Assembly: GCA_964016885.1 (NCBI GenBank)
Contig: OZ024756.1
Location: forward strand, 36,146,001 to 36,210,000
Direction of reading: 5' to 3'
DNA length: 64,000 nucleotides
From: Eledone cirrhosa
Taxonomy: Eukaryota
Shown here: positions 13,891 through 28,100 of the stretch, one piece after another
Position numbering within the stretch: position 1 is the stretch's first letter
Layout: every line of letters begins with the position of its first letter
Made by a program: the position numbers and the translations under genes
Notes under the pieces: generated by a model
Database searches by the model: none
The model's input: only the letters and a program-made list of their open reading frames with translations
Told to the model about the DNA's origin: nothing

Positions 13891-15011
13891 GACACGTCAT
13901 TGTTGTGCCCCAAAATGACCACCGGGTGGATTTGTCATGGGGGTGGTGGAAAAAAAACAACCCCCATACCATTCCTCGGCAATAAACTATTTATTTCTAG
14001 TTAAATCCTCTCTCTTTACCTACCTCCACACTCAATCTTTTTACATGGATTATCTTGTTGAAGAAGTATTTTTAGTTTCTCAGTCCCAAATTTATTTTAA
14101 ATCATTTTTTAAAATTATATAGTATAAACATGCTTAAATAGATACACACGTGTGTGTCTGTGTGTGTGAATGTATGTGTGATAAAATCTACAGTTTAAAT
14201 TTAAGAATTTCAGTCATTCAGTTAAAAAATATATTATATATATAAAAAAAACTATTTTCGAATTTTTCTTGACTGGAACATGTTCTAAGTAATTAATCCA
14301 GTTGTATAGAGATGCTTATAATTCCTTCACCATGGCAACACAAGGGGGAATGGGAGGGTCTTTCATCTTTATCTCTAATTTCTCTCATCCCACATATGGA
14401 GAGTATTAATCTCTTAACGAACTGTTTATTAATTAATTCATTCATTCATTAATTCATTCTTTCTTCGTTCAAGACAGGTGTTATTTTTATTCAGTCATGT
14501 CTACCACTGAACTGAAAGATACAGACCAAATAGAAATCCCCCCTGCCCTGCCATCATTGCCACATGTTACCATGCAGCAGGTTGAGTCATATATATGATG
14601 AATATATATGCACCAAATACCACATGTTACCATGCAGCAGGTTGAATTATATATATATATATGTGCACCAGATACCACATGTTACCTTGTGGCAGGTTGC
14701 ATTATATATATATGCATCAGACACCACATGTTACCATGTGGCAGTTTGGGTTATATATGTGTGTGTGTGTATGTATATATATATACCAGATGTCACATGG
14801 AGAGGACAACCTAAAAAACATCCATGAAGAAACTAAACTGTTTGTCACTCGTTGCTTCCTTTTTTCTGCTCCATGTAACTGACAAAACTGTTTCTACACA
14901 TGGCGCGCCATCTTGTAATCTGCAGACCAATGACTAGCTGGCATCATAGTAACGTCATCATTCAGGAACATACCCTTCTATATGAAGTGTAGATGGGTGG
15001 TGGCAGTGTGT

Positions 15012-15049
<38 letters not shown>

Positions 15050-15447
15050 TTTAAATAAACCAAGAAATATATATAATTGAAAGATAAAAACTAAACCAGA
15101 GGAAACTGCAAAAAAACTGCGATGGAACAAGGTTAGGAAAAAAAAGAATTGTTGAGCTGAGAGACTTGTTTAAGATATCAGTGCTTTTTAGAAATCATGA
15201 ATCGTTTGTAACTGAATTTTTTCCCAACTTTGCAACAACAAACTAACACGCAGATTTCTTTTAAATCAATGTTTTCTTTTTGGTTTATCATTTTAATCTT
15301 TTTCCTCCTCACCACCTACTCTCCCTCTACTCCTCGGCCCCACCACAACAATACATCCTACAATTTCATCTATTGCCACACTATATATACCTGAAGGTGT
15401 ATATATATATATATATATCAAATAATGATTTTTCATTCTGTCTCTGC

Positions 15448-15453
15448 AATAAA
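15448..15453 (+). terminator. Candidate AATAAA poly(A) signal of the giant-exon gene
   Basis: AATAAA followed by T/GT-rich sequence; one of several candidates. Confidence 0.3.
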
Positions 15454-16129
15454 TTCATAATGTACAAATTCAATTGTCGTCTTATTGTTTATATTTCATG
15501 TTTGTGTATAATTGTTTCTACTTTTCGCACAAGGCTAGCAATTATCCCAGTGCATTACTGGTACTTTATTTTATCAACTCCTGTAAGGATAAAAGGCAAA
15601 GTTAATGTCGGCAGGATTTGAACTCAGACAATGCTGCAAAGCATGGTGTCCGACCCCTCCGCAGGATGTCTGCGTATAATGCTGTGTGTGTATCATCATC
15701 ATTTAATGTTGATATGTATATATATATCATCATCATCTTCGTTTAACGTCTATCTTCAACGCTAGCATGGGTTAGATGGGAATTGTCCCACTTGAAGCAA
15801 GATTGGTCGGGTGACCGTGTCTCGCTCGTATAGGACTATCTGTCAGGTTTTCTACAGCTAGATGTCCTTCCTAACACCAACCACATTTACAGTATGGAAT
15901 GTATATATGTATGTGTATATATATATATATATATACACACACACAAACATATACATATATATAAATCAGATAATGTGTTAGTTTAAAACCAACACTTCAG
16001 TATGCAGGGTAGAGCACTCAACAAAGTCCACAAGAGGGTCTGTTAACTCAGGAGTAAATTTATAAACATGAGGTATAAGTGAACATTTCATACTTTACTA
16101 CTTTTATTACCGTAATTCAACTGCTATAC

Positions 16130-16480
16130 CTGTCATGGTCAGGTCTTTGGCGACTAAACTGGCAACCCCACCAAGGTTTCTTGGTGAGGAGGGTGACTTT
16201 GGACATCCTGCAGGACTAAAAACAAAACCTGTTAAAGGGCAAAGGAGCTCTTAAGAGTCAATGGCCATACAAAATCATCGGGAGAGATGACCCCTTAGCC
16301 TTTGTCAAGGCAGAATTCTAGGAGAAGGAAAACTCTGATATAACACCTGCAACTCTGATGGTATCCAATGATGTTGACTTGTTCTTCTTTTTGGTAAATA
16401 TCATCTTGGTTAAGAGAGTGGGACTGGCTTTGTGCAGTGCCTTTGCAAGCAGGGAAAAAGTGGACGTAAAATGAAATGAT
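16130..16480 (+). mobile_element. Internally deleted RTE-derived element
   Basis: Ends in the shared RTE-type tail gcaagcagggaaaaagtggacgtaaaatgaaatgatgat. Confidence 0.4.
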
Positions 16481-16482
16481 GA

Positions 16483-17097
16483 TATATATATAAAGTATAT
16501 ATATATATATAAAGTATATATATATATACATAAAGTATATATATATATACATAAAGTATATATATATACATAAAGTATATATATATATATAAAGTATATA
16601 TATATATATAAAGTATATATATATATATAAAGTATATATATATATATATAAAGTATATATATATACATAAAGTATATATATATAAAGTATATATATATAA
16701 AGTATATATATATAAAGTATATATATATAAAGTATATATATAAAGTATATATATAAAGTATATATATATATATAAAGTATATATATATATATATAAAGTA
16801 TATATATATATATATAAAGTATATATATATAAAGTATATATATATACATAAAGTATATATATATACATAAAGTATATATATATAAAGTATATATATATAA
16901 AGTATATATATAAAGTATATATATATATATAAAGTATATATATATATATAAAGTATATATATATATATAAAGTATATATATATATATAAAGTATATATAT
17001 ATACATAAAGTATATATATATACATAAAGTATATATATATACATAAAGTATATATATATACATAAAGTATATATATATAAAGTATATATATATATAT
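16483..17097. repeat. Compound (TA)nAAG minisatellite
   Basis: Direct inspection. Confidence 0.9.
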
Positions 17098-17099
17098 CA

Positions 17100-17441
17100 T
17101 CATCATCATCATTTCATTTTACGTCCGCTTTTCCCCTGCTTGCAAGTGTGGGACGGGAACTGATTCTGGGTTGGTTTCTACAGCTGGATGCCCTTCCTAA
17201 CACCAACCTCATTTACAGTGAGTGCTGGGTGCTTTTTTGCCGTGGCACCTCCACGACCACTCTACAGTGGAATGATATGGACCCCAGTCCCTATCATCTC
17301 ATTTCTACAGCTGAGGAAACTGGAGCAATGTGAAATAAAGTGTCTTGCTCAAGGAAACAACACATCACCCGGTCTGAGAATTGAACTCACAACCTTTCGA
17401 TTGCAAGGCCAATGCTCTAACCACTAAGCCATGTGCCTCCA
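17100..17441 (-). mobile_element. tRNA-derived SINE family B with RTE-like (GAT)n tail. Near-identical copies at 18960-19260 and 25855-26192; related heads at ~17616, 18488, 44400-44705, 63420
   Basis: Head ggaggcacatggcttagtggttagag, B-box gagttcaattc, core ccttgagcaagacactttatttcac, tail ggacgtaaaatgaaatgatgat. Confidence 0.8.
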
Positions 17442-17600
<159 letters not shown>

Positions 17601-18151
17601 AATTATTCGAAGACTTAGTGGTTAGAGCATTGGGCTTGCAATTGAGAGGTTGTGAGTTCGATTCTCGGACCGGGTGGTGCGTTGTGTCCTTGAGCAAGAC
17701 ACTTTATTTCACGTTCCTCCAGTTTACTCAGCTGTAGAAATGAGTTGCGACGTCACTGGTGTCAAGCTGTATCGGTCGTTGCCTTTTCCTCGGATATCAT
17801 CGGTGGCGTGGAGAGGGGAGGTATGCATGGGTGACTGCTGGTCTTCCACAAAACAAACCTTGCCAAGGCTTGTGCCTCGGAGGGAAACTTTCTTGGTGCC
17901 GAGTGGGGCCAAAGCAAGAAGCAATATATAAGGAATTAAAATGATTTAAAACCTAATTTTTCCAAATATATATATTTGATTATACTCACTCTGCCACAGA
18001 GAAAAACTTAAGATTTTGCAAGGTTTATATTCACCAAACAAGTATTTAAACTCCCAAACTGAAACTTTTAGATATTGTTTGCATTGGAAAAGCCATCTCA
18101 GAAGGTTCAAAATATTAAACACAGACCAATTGAAATAAAATGAAAAATTTC

Positions 18152-18157
18152 TTTATT
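18152..18157 (-). terminator. Candidate AATAAA poly(A) signal of the lachesin-like gene
   Basis: tttatt on + within an AU-rich 3'-end-like context ~1.7 kb past the stop. Confidence 0.4.
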
Positions 18158-18835
18158 ATTTACTATTACAAATATATATATTCAGTATAAAAATGTTTAC
18201 AAAATGTACTATACTATGATTGAATATTTAAAATTATGTTTCCAGGATACTTATTTGTAGGAATTTGTAGCAATGAAAGTTTTGAAGAGATTACAATTGT
18301 ATATATGTGTACTCCACCCACCTAATTCAAGGTAAAGTTGAAAGTAGTTAGATAAGCAGTGAAGAAAATAACTTGATACCTAATCTGACACTTTAATGGG
18401 TTTTCCATTTCACTTTATATATATGCCCGTCCAAACCCATACAAGCGTGGAAGATGGACGTTAAACGATGATGATGATGATATATTGAAGGCGAGTGGCT
18501 GACTGGTTAGAGAATTGGATTCACAATCTTGAGGTTGTGAGTTTGATTCCTGGACAGGGCGATGCATTATGTCCTTGAACAAGACACTTTATTTCACGTT
18601 GCTCCTTCTACCTGGAGTTGCAACCGATAGATAGTATTAGCAACCGGAAAGACCAACGGAAACATTGTTTCCTCGGTCCGATTTGACGAAAGTCAATCGA
18701 TCGTTTCCTACATATTTATTATTTATTAATAAATATTTGTTCTACAGGTTATATACATATATAATTCTCAACGAGCACTCTTCAGATTTTGGTCTTCAGA
18801 ATTATTATTACTATTATATATGTGTATGTATGTAA

Positions 18836-18957
18836 AAGGTAAACAGAAATAACAACACGATCAGTACAGTATATGGAAGGGATATATTAGGTTAACGCTT
18901 GATATAGCAGGAAGAGGGTCTTCACGTTTCGCTAGTCCTTCATCAGAAGAAAGAATC
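18836..18957 (-). mobile_element. Degenerate copy of the hammerhead-bearing element family (stem II partly deleted, GUG at the cleavage triplet)
   Basis: Reverse complement closely matches ~21800-21925. Confidence 0.65.
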
Positions 18958-19874
18958 ATCATTTTATTTTACGTCTGAATTTTCCCTGCTTGCAAGGGTG
19001 GGACGGGAACTGATTCTGGATTGATTTCTACAGCTGGATGCCCTTCCTAACACCAACCTCATTTACAGTGAGTGCTGGGTGCTTTTTTTTGCCATGGCAC
19101 CTCCACGAACACTTTGCAGTGGAATGCTAGGGACCCCAGTCCCTATCATCTCATTTCTACAGCTGAGTAAACTGGAGCCATGTGAAATAAAGTATCTTGC
19201 TCAAGGAAACAACACATCACCCGGTCTGAGAATTGAACTCACAATCTTTTGATTGCAAGGTACAACATTTGTGACTTGTTATTTCATCTATATATAGATG
19301 AAATAATAAGTCACAAATGTCGGACCTGTGAACAGTCAATTTAATCAATTCCAGTGCTCCATGATTATCATATACAGTGCAGTCTCACAGTACCAGTGCC
19401 CCATTTCATGAGTAATTTGCTGTATGAGCTGAGGCTGGAACTGATTATTCATATTAATCTCAATGGGGGGAATTGACTTGTAAAATCAGTAAATCGTAAA
19501 ACGAGCTCGGTCATGGAGCAAATTAAACTTGTACTGCAAGGTATCACTCTATATCTGTAGCAATATTTAAAATAAATCGTTTGTGGAGTAGGAGTTCTAA
19601 CTTAAGAGCAACCATTGCTAATGTATCTCTGGCCTCTCTGCGTGTGTACATGAAACGAACGTAGAAATGAAGAATTAATTTTATAATTTTTTTTCTAATA
19701 TGTATATATATATATATATACACACACACATATATATATACATGCATATATAAAGGGAGTGAGAAGGGGCTATATATATATGGAGCAGGGAGAGGTTATA
19801 TACACACACACACATATATATATATATATATGGAATGGGGAGATTGAAAAGTTATTGACCTAAGAGTCAATATT

Positions 19875-19984
19875 TTACAGTTGCCTCAGTAGAAAGTAGG
19901 TGAAGAGAAAGAGGCTGGAAGTGGAGAGAGAGCAAGCTGAAGACCTCAAGAGTCCAGTACGGTCAAGTACAGGTGAATTGGATT
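19875..19984 (-). CDS. Lachesin-like exon 8 (GPI-anchor signal, stop)
   Basis: Pyrimidine-rich cag acceptor, phase matches exon 7; [38 protein letters not shown]. Confidence 0.8.
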
Positions 19985-22001
19985 CTGAAAAAGAAAAAAA
20001 ATTACCCGAATAAGTGGACATCAGAGCAGAGTTAAAATATGTGAACATGTTAACTTCTATTAAAATATGTGAACATGTTAACTTCTATTAAAATATGTGA
20101 ATATGTTAACTGCTTTAAAATATGTGAACATGTTAACTGCTTTAAAATATGTGAATATTAACTACTTTAAAATGTGTGAACATGTTGACTTCTTTTAAAA
20201 TGTGTGAACATTCCAAAATCCTGGGCTTCTCCAAGCTAATCTGATCAAAATTATTATTTTTTTAATTTTCTCATTAATTGACAGAAATGTTTATTCTCGT
20301 GTTTCACTCACAAAGTTGGCTTAAAAACCATTGATAATTACATAGACATGAAAAAGAGAGATACCAAACAAAATGAATGAGAAAGGGGTGAAGGGGTAAA
20401 GAAGGGCAGATCTGGCTGTATGGGAAAGTAAAGGAAAGGACTATAAATGAGAGGGAAAATCAAGGACTGTTGGGTCACAGAAGGGGAGCAGGTGATGGGT
20501 TCTGAGCCTACGAATGGGCAGTATTTGGGCTGCACCTCATGGACAATGGCCAGCGACACCTGCTGCAACAGCTACCACACCTCGCGGAGATCCTTCCACA
20601 GACGGGCCACTGATGTTCATATTTGGCAGAGGAGCTCGACAGTACAGGGTCCGAGGACGCCTGAGGTCTCAACAGGGACCAGTGTGAAGAGGAAGTGGCT
20701 GGATAATCTCCGGAATTTGTTTGTCTTCCTGTTCTCTGCATTGCGGACTGCAGTACCAGGGGCTTGTGGCCAAAGTGACTAAGTTGGAGGTGGAGAATGT
20801 GTCACAACATGTGGCATCCTTCAAATGGGAAGAGGGTAATTCCGTTGGAATGCTTGCTGTCTCTATGGTCAAGGTCTGTGTGCTCCAGTTGTGATGGGAA
20901 GCCAGCTGCATCCAGGCTCCTTCTCAATATGCCGTTGAGAGAGGGGGTATGTCGGGGGGAAGTGGCCTGCGCTCTGGTGACATGATAGTGGGTACAGCCA
21001 AACTTATAAATGACAGCCCCACAATGGCATTTGTGTAGCTCACACATGTGGAGGCCAAGTGCACTCATCATTAACAGGGCACCGAATTGAGCCACGCACC
21101 GCTGTTTAGCTGCGAAGTGGAAAATGTCACCTTGATTGTATTTTTAGCAGGTGTTTATTTTTTGCATTTTTTTACAAAAAAAAACATGTAAAACCAGTCT
21201 GGGGTGGTAGAGAACAAAAAAAAAAAAAAAAAGAAAACCTCTATGACACTGAAAGGGTTAATGGGTTGTGGCCTAGATGTTGAAGTGATTGAGTGATAGA
21301 AAGTGAAAAAGTGAGAGAGAGTGAGGGAAGAAGGATCAATGTAAGTAACTTACTCTCCAAAGATATCATTCTGGAACCAGTTCCTTTATTGTTGGAAGCT
21401 TTACATTCGTAATTGCCATAATCATTTTCCTGTACGCTTTTAATGACTAATTTACTGGTGACACGATTGAATGCTCCTGAGATGAACACTATTTTGTACC
21501 TGTTAAATAGAATACATACTATACACTGTTTTGTACCTGTTACATATAGAACACGTACTATACACTGTTTTAAATGAAGTTTTATTGAAAAGACTTCTAC
21601 CACACTATGACAGAAAAGAAAACTACAAACTCTATACCATAGAGTTGAAGGTGTGTACGACTCTCTACCACAATCTTCTTACACCACCTTCTTCTCACCC
21701 GTCCATTTTTCACTCCCACCCTAGTACCTTCAAAATGCCCAATCTCAAATCTTTTCTCCAATTCCAACCCACCCGTCCCCTCAATCTATCTTATTTCGCA
21801 TTCTTTCTTCTGATGAAGGACTAGTGTCAGAAACGTTAAGACCCTCTTCCTGCTATATCAAGCGTTAACCTAATATATCCCTTCCATATACTGTACTGAT
21901 TGTGTTGTTATTTCTGTTTACTTTATATATATATATATATATGTGATGATGATATATATATATATATGTGATGATGATATATATATATATAGGTGATGAT
22001 G

Positions 22002-22032
<31 letters not shown>

Positions 22033-22070
22033 CACGCACACACATTTCGCATCAATAGCTGGACAGAATA

Positions 22071-22115
<45 letters not shown>

Positions 22116-25100
22116 AACTCTACACCATTTGCTGGATAGTATATCTCTGTTGTACTCTGCGAATGAGACTGTGAAAATGTTGCCATGGAGAACAGCCAGT
22201 GATACAAATTCCCTCAATGTAGTTCTTAGGGAGATTCAGCAAGACACAATGTATGAAAAGGCTGGCCTTTTGAATTAAAAGAATAACTCATTTTCAGAAC
22301 TGAGTGAACTGGATGAAATAAAGTGTTTTTCTCAAAGACACACTGCACTGACTGGAATCAAACAGACTATCCATTAAGCTATGCAGAGGAGCTTCACTAC
22401 TCAACCACACAGCTTTACTCAATGAAGGGGAATATGAAATAAATCTTGTGATTCGATTTTCTGTAGCAGCTGATGACCACATTTTTCTATCCCTAATGGT
22501 ATTTTACCCAGTTTTCTAAAGTTATAGCAATCTAAAATATAATTGTGATCCTTTCACTCTTCTGTAGATAAAGATGCCTGCTGTTCAGCTTATACAATGT
22601 TCTGTGAAAACAATACCTCTAATCTTGTTATTGACATAATATATAATTCTTGTAGATATTTGCAGACATCAAAATAAGCTACTTGAAAATAACATCTATC
22701 GTTTCTTATCAAATGCATGTGTGTGTTGATTTATAGTTATTTCTGTTTGGATTTCAACGTTTTAAATTGGAATATAACAGTGGTGCTATTAAGTTAGACA
22801 TGGCCTGGGCCAATACTGGCCAAAACCTATCAAAGTTATATGTATGGTTGGTTTGGGGCAAGCATAAGGCAGATATTGAAAATAATAAGTAACACCACAT
22901 ATAAATACCTGTCAGATTTCATGTCAATAGGATTTCCAATCCTGGCCCAGCTAATTTTGTCTTTGGCAACATCAGGATAAGCTTCAATGAAACAGACTAG
23001 CTCTGTTTGGTAACCTGGAGCCTGGGCTACAACTGAGGCCTCAACATTCATTTGGGGAGGAACTAACAACAAAAAAAATAATATAATGATAAAGATGTTA
23101 TTTCATGAGTCACATGGTCAGGGTAGGGTTAGAGTTGCGAGATCGGGGGTGGAAGGTTTCACGGCTAGCTGGTGAACAGTCATGTGGACAGTTGTGCAGG
23201 GCTGGGTGGTTGTGCAGCCAAAGGTGGACGGTTGTGTGGCCAGGTCAAGATGGTCGTATGGCTGGCTAGCCCATTTGATACCAAACCACCTGAAAGCACT
23301 CCTGGTTTTATGATACAGAACTATGCTTTAACACTTTAGCATTTACATTACTCTATATAAACTATTATATTTTCACACTAAACATTTTATCTTACCTAAT
23401 CATCTCACATAATATCGAATCTACGGGATTTTGATATTATTTATTTTGAGAACAATACTTTAACATAAGTATGTGTGGCCTGTTACAGAAAGAGGTGAAA
23501 GAATTCTGGCCGGATAGGGCCGGTTTAAATGCTAAAGGGTTAATGTTTATTTTTATCTAAAACCTTCCATCATAATTTTATGTAAGAACCTTTCTTAAGT
23601 TATGCTTCAAACACCAGCTCAGCTTAATAAGAAAGTTAGTTATATTACTAAATCCTTCCAAATTCTCGATTATTAAAAATCATAGTACTGTATAGTGGTC
23701 ATGTAGGAGTCATGGAAAAAAGCACCCAGTCCACAGTGTAATCTGGTAGTGTAGGTGTCATGACAAAAAGCAACAACCCTGTAAATGTGGTTGGTGTTAG
23801 GAAGGGCATCCAGCTGTAGAAATCTTGCCAGAAAGTTCTATATGAGCAAGACATGGTCACCTGACCCAACTTTCCTCAAATGGGACAAGCCGTCTAACCC
23901 TTGCTAGCATGGAAAATGGTCATTAAACGATGATGATGATGATGTATGTGTGTGAATATCCTGACCTAATCATGACCGTATATCTGTCAAACTTGTCCCA
24001 TTGATAGGCATGAATGCCACAACACCAATGGACAAAACTTACCACTTAATGAAATCTTCAGTCTATTTATCATATATTAATATCTGCAGCAATACATAAA
24101 ATACATCGTTTGAAACAGTTCTATATGAGCAAGACACAGTTGCCTAACCCAACTTGCTTCAAATGTGATGACTTGTCTAACTCATGCTAGCGTGGAAAGT
24201 GGACATTAAACGATGATGACAATGATAATTATAGGCAGTGGCTTTCATTTGAAATATGGTAATGCGAGGGTTAAATGAGGGAAAGAAAAATTTTTAAAAG
24301 CAAAATATACTCACATCGTACAAAAACTGAAATAACTCTCTTGTCAATACCAGCTTCATTAAAGGCTCGGCAAATGTATTTGCCTCGATCACTAGGTTTA
24401 ATTTTTAAAATCGGCATTAGAGAATTCTGAGGAAAAAAAAAAAAAAGAAAATGTATTTACCTTGATCACTAGATTTAACTCTTTAGCATTTAAACCGGCC
24501 ATATCCAGCCAGAAATCTCTCACTTCTTTCTCTTCAAATCTGCCATAATTGGCTGCTCATATTTATGTTAAGGTATTCTTCTCAAAATAAATAATATCAA
24601 AATCTCATAAATTCGATATTATGTGAAGTAAAGCCTTTACCATTAAAATATAATATATAGAGTATTATAAATGCTAAAGGGTTAATTTTTAAAATCGGCA
24701 TTATAGAGGGAAAAAAAAAACAAAAAAAAAAGACCAGAAATCATTTGTACTGTAAGATAGATCAGATAAATTTGTCTTATATAGTCAATGATCTTTGGCC
24801 ATGTTGGAGTATCATCTATAAAGATTTAGCAGATTGTATCAACTCCACTAGAGGCGGCAAATTGGCAGAGTCATTACAGTGTCGGATAGAATGCTTTATG
24901 GAATTCGTTGCGGCTCTCTGAGTTCTGGATAGGTAGATAGCGCTGATTGCTAACAACATGACTCAACACTGCTGAAAACTCATACCCTCACAACTGACTA
25001 AGTTCAAATATGTGTGATATATGTGGCAGTGCTTCTGTCATTATTGTATGCACCCAGTCCACTCTGTAAAAATGATTGGCAAGGGCATCAAACTGTAGAA

Positions 25101-28100
25101 ACAATGTCAAAAGTGGAATATATGATAAAGATATTATCTGACAATGCCTTCTTAGCCTGAACCATAATAATTGTTTCTACTTTTGGCACAAGGCCAGCAA
25201 TTACCCAGTACATTACTGGTACTTTATTTTATCGACCCCTCCGTATGGATGAAAGGGATGTAACTATGCTGGAAAGCATGTCCGACCCTCTACTGATACT
25301 GCCCTTATAAAAACTGAAAAGGTTTACTGGGAACCCTACTCCCGACCAGGATTGAACTTCAGACCGTGATCACCACCATCTATGATTCTGCCAACTAGGC
25401 CGCCAAGACAGCTACTAGCCTGGACCATAATAATCAAGCCAACCTACGCCAGCATGGAAAACATAATAAAAAGTAATCAATTTAAGCAGTTACCCATCTT
25501 TCCATTCCACCATCAGGTAAATCAGCACCAGCCATTCTTGACCAGCTGATCCTTGGGTTTGGTATTCCCTGGGCATTACAGGACAGAATCAGTTTCTCCT
25601 CCACATCTATACTAGTGTCACTGCTAGTACTCATGTCAATAATTTGGGGAAGTTCTGCAAAGAGAAAATATTATTATATTTTTTGAGAAAATATTATTAT
25701 ATTCATTGGAGCGTCGAATGAGTTGAAAAATTCAACAATGTCAAATACAAGAAATAACTGTGAACACAGTCGACTGATATCAATAACAGCTAAGAAGACC
25801 AGTTAAAATACCCCTAGTGACAGAAAAAAGTATTTTACCTGATATATTCATTTCATCATTTCATTTCATTTTACGCCCGCTTTTTCCCTGCTTGCAAGGG
25901 TGGGACGGGAACTGATTCTGGCTTGATTTCTACAGCTGGATGCCCTTCCTAACACCAACCTCATTTCCAGTGAGTGCTGGGTGCTTTTTTGCCGTGGCAC
26001 CTCCACGACCACTTTGCAGTGGAATGATAGGGACCCCAGTCCCTATCATCTCATTTCTACAGCTGAGTAAACTGGAGCAATGTGAAATAAAGTGTCTTGC
26101 TCAAGGAAACAACACATCACCCGGTCTGAGAATTGAACTCACAACCTTTCGATTGCAAGGCCAATGCTCTAACCACTAAGCCATGTGCCTCCATATATAT
26201 ATATATAGCAATCAACTGTGTTCAGTTATTTCCTGTGTTTGAGATTGTTGACATTTTCTAAGCACTTCAACTTAAATGTGTGTACATCTGTATATGTGTG
26301 TGTGTGTGTGTGTGTACATATGTGTGTCTGTATGCACATCTGTATGTGTCTGTGTTCATCTGTATGTGTGTCTATCTGTAAATCTGTCTGTGTGCACATC
26401 TGTATGTATGTATTCTGTCTGTGTGTACATCTGAACGTCTGTCAGTGTGTGTGTGTATCTGTGTGTGTGTGTGAGTGTATCTGTGTGTGTGTGTGTATCT
26501 GTGTGTATCTGTGTTTGTGTTTGTGTGAGTGTATCTGTGTGTATGTGTGTAGCTGTGTTTGTGTTTGTGTGTGTGTATGTGTGTATCTGTGTTTGTGTGT
26601 GTGTATGTGTGTGTATCTGTGTTTGTGTTTGTGTGAGTGTATCTGTCTGTGTGTGTGTATCTGTGTTTGTGTTTGTGTGAGTGTATCTGTTTGTCTGTGT
26701 ATCTGTGTTTGTGAGTGTGTGTGTGTGTATCTGTGTGTATGTGTGTATCTGTGTGTGTATCTGTGTTTGTGTATTTGTGTATTTGTGCTTGTATGTACGA
26801 GTGTGTTTGTGTGAGTGTATCTGTGTGTGTGTGTGTGTGTATGTGTGTATCTATATGTTTGTGTGTGTGTATCAGTGCTTGGGTGTGTGTGTATCTGTGC
26901 TTGTGTGTGTGTATATGTTTGTGACATACAACAGTGACATCAACTCACCGATAACATTGACAATACGGAAGTCCTCACTGTACTGTTTCTCATCAATCTG
27001 TACGCTACATATATACTTCCCTTTGTCACTGGCCTGGACATTTTGGATGGTCAGACGCCATGACACTGAGGTTATTTGGACAATGATATATTTCTGGGGG
27101 TTAGTAGAACTAGTATCAGTACCAACATCGTGTTTCACGTCCTCATTAATATGGCTCCATTTTACCTGTCAAACAACAACAAATTTCATTAGACTGATGA
27201 TGATGATGATGATGATAGTGTTGAAGATGTTGATGGTGTTGGTGATGATGATGAATTTGATGATAATGGTGCTGAAGATGATGATGGTGATGGTGGTGAT
27301 GCTGATGCTGAAGATGATGATGATGATGATGATGATTAATTTGATGATAATAGTGCTGAAGATGATGGTGTTGATGATGATGAGTGTTGATGATGCTGAT
27401 GATGAAGATGAAGATAATAGTGATGAAGGTGGTGATGAGGTTGATTGTGTTGACGATGTAACTTATGTAATATATCCAAACCATCCACCTAAATCCATAC
27501 CACCCACTTATGATGAGTCATACCACCCACCCAGCCACCTATGACGAGTCATACCACCCACCCAGCCACCTATGACGAGTCACACCACCCACATGAGACA
27601 TGTCATACCACCCACCTATGACGAGTCATACCACCCACATGAGACATGTCATACCACCCACCTATGACGAGTCATACCACCCACATGAGACATGTCATAC
27701 CACCCACCCACCCACCTTTATAAGGAGAATGGAAAGATTGGGAATTGTAAAGATTTAGAAAGAGGTAGGTTGGGAGGAGCAGAGACTACTGTAGTAGTAG
27801 TTGTAGGAGCTTAACGAGAGGACACAGTTCTCAAAGAACTATTTTAACTAAAGATGATGGCGTGTGAAGATTTATCTATCAATTTTTTTTTTTACCGGCA
27901 TATCTTCCTCCTTGTTTATTACAACACACACCATTGACACATCATCATTCTTCATAGCCGTGATCTCTTTATCTTCGAAAATATCTTCGGGTTCGGTGAT
28001 TGATATAGACGGATCAACAGAAATAACTGAAAAAAAAAAAAAAAATGAAAAATTACTGAAAGTCGAGGAATATGTGATCCAAACATTGTTAGTAAAATCT

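Noticed and set aside
16130-16175. HDV-like ribozyme at the 5' end of the RTE-derived element
   Set aside because: RTE elements can carry these, but I could not build the nested double pseudoknot from this copy.
26218-27544. Cys/Val-, His/Thr- and Met-rich ORFs (also 54195-54760, 56248-56626, 60571-61411)
   Set aside because: (TG)n, (GAT)n, (GTT)n and purine-rich simple repeats.
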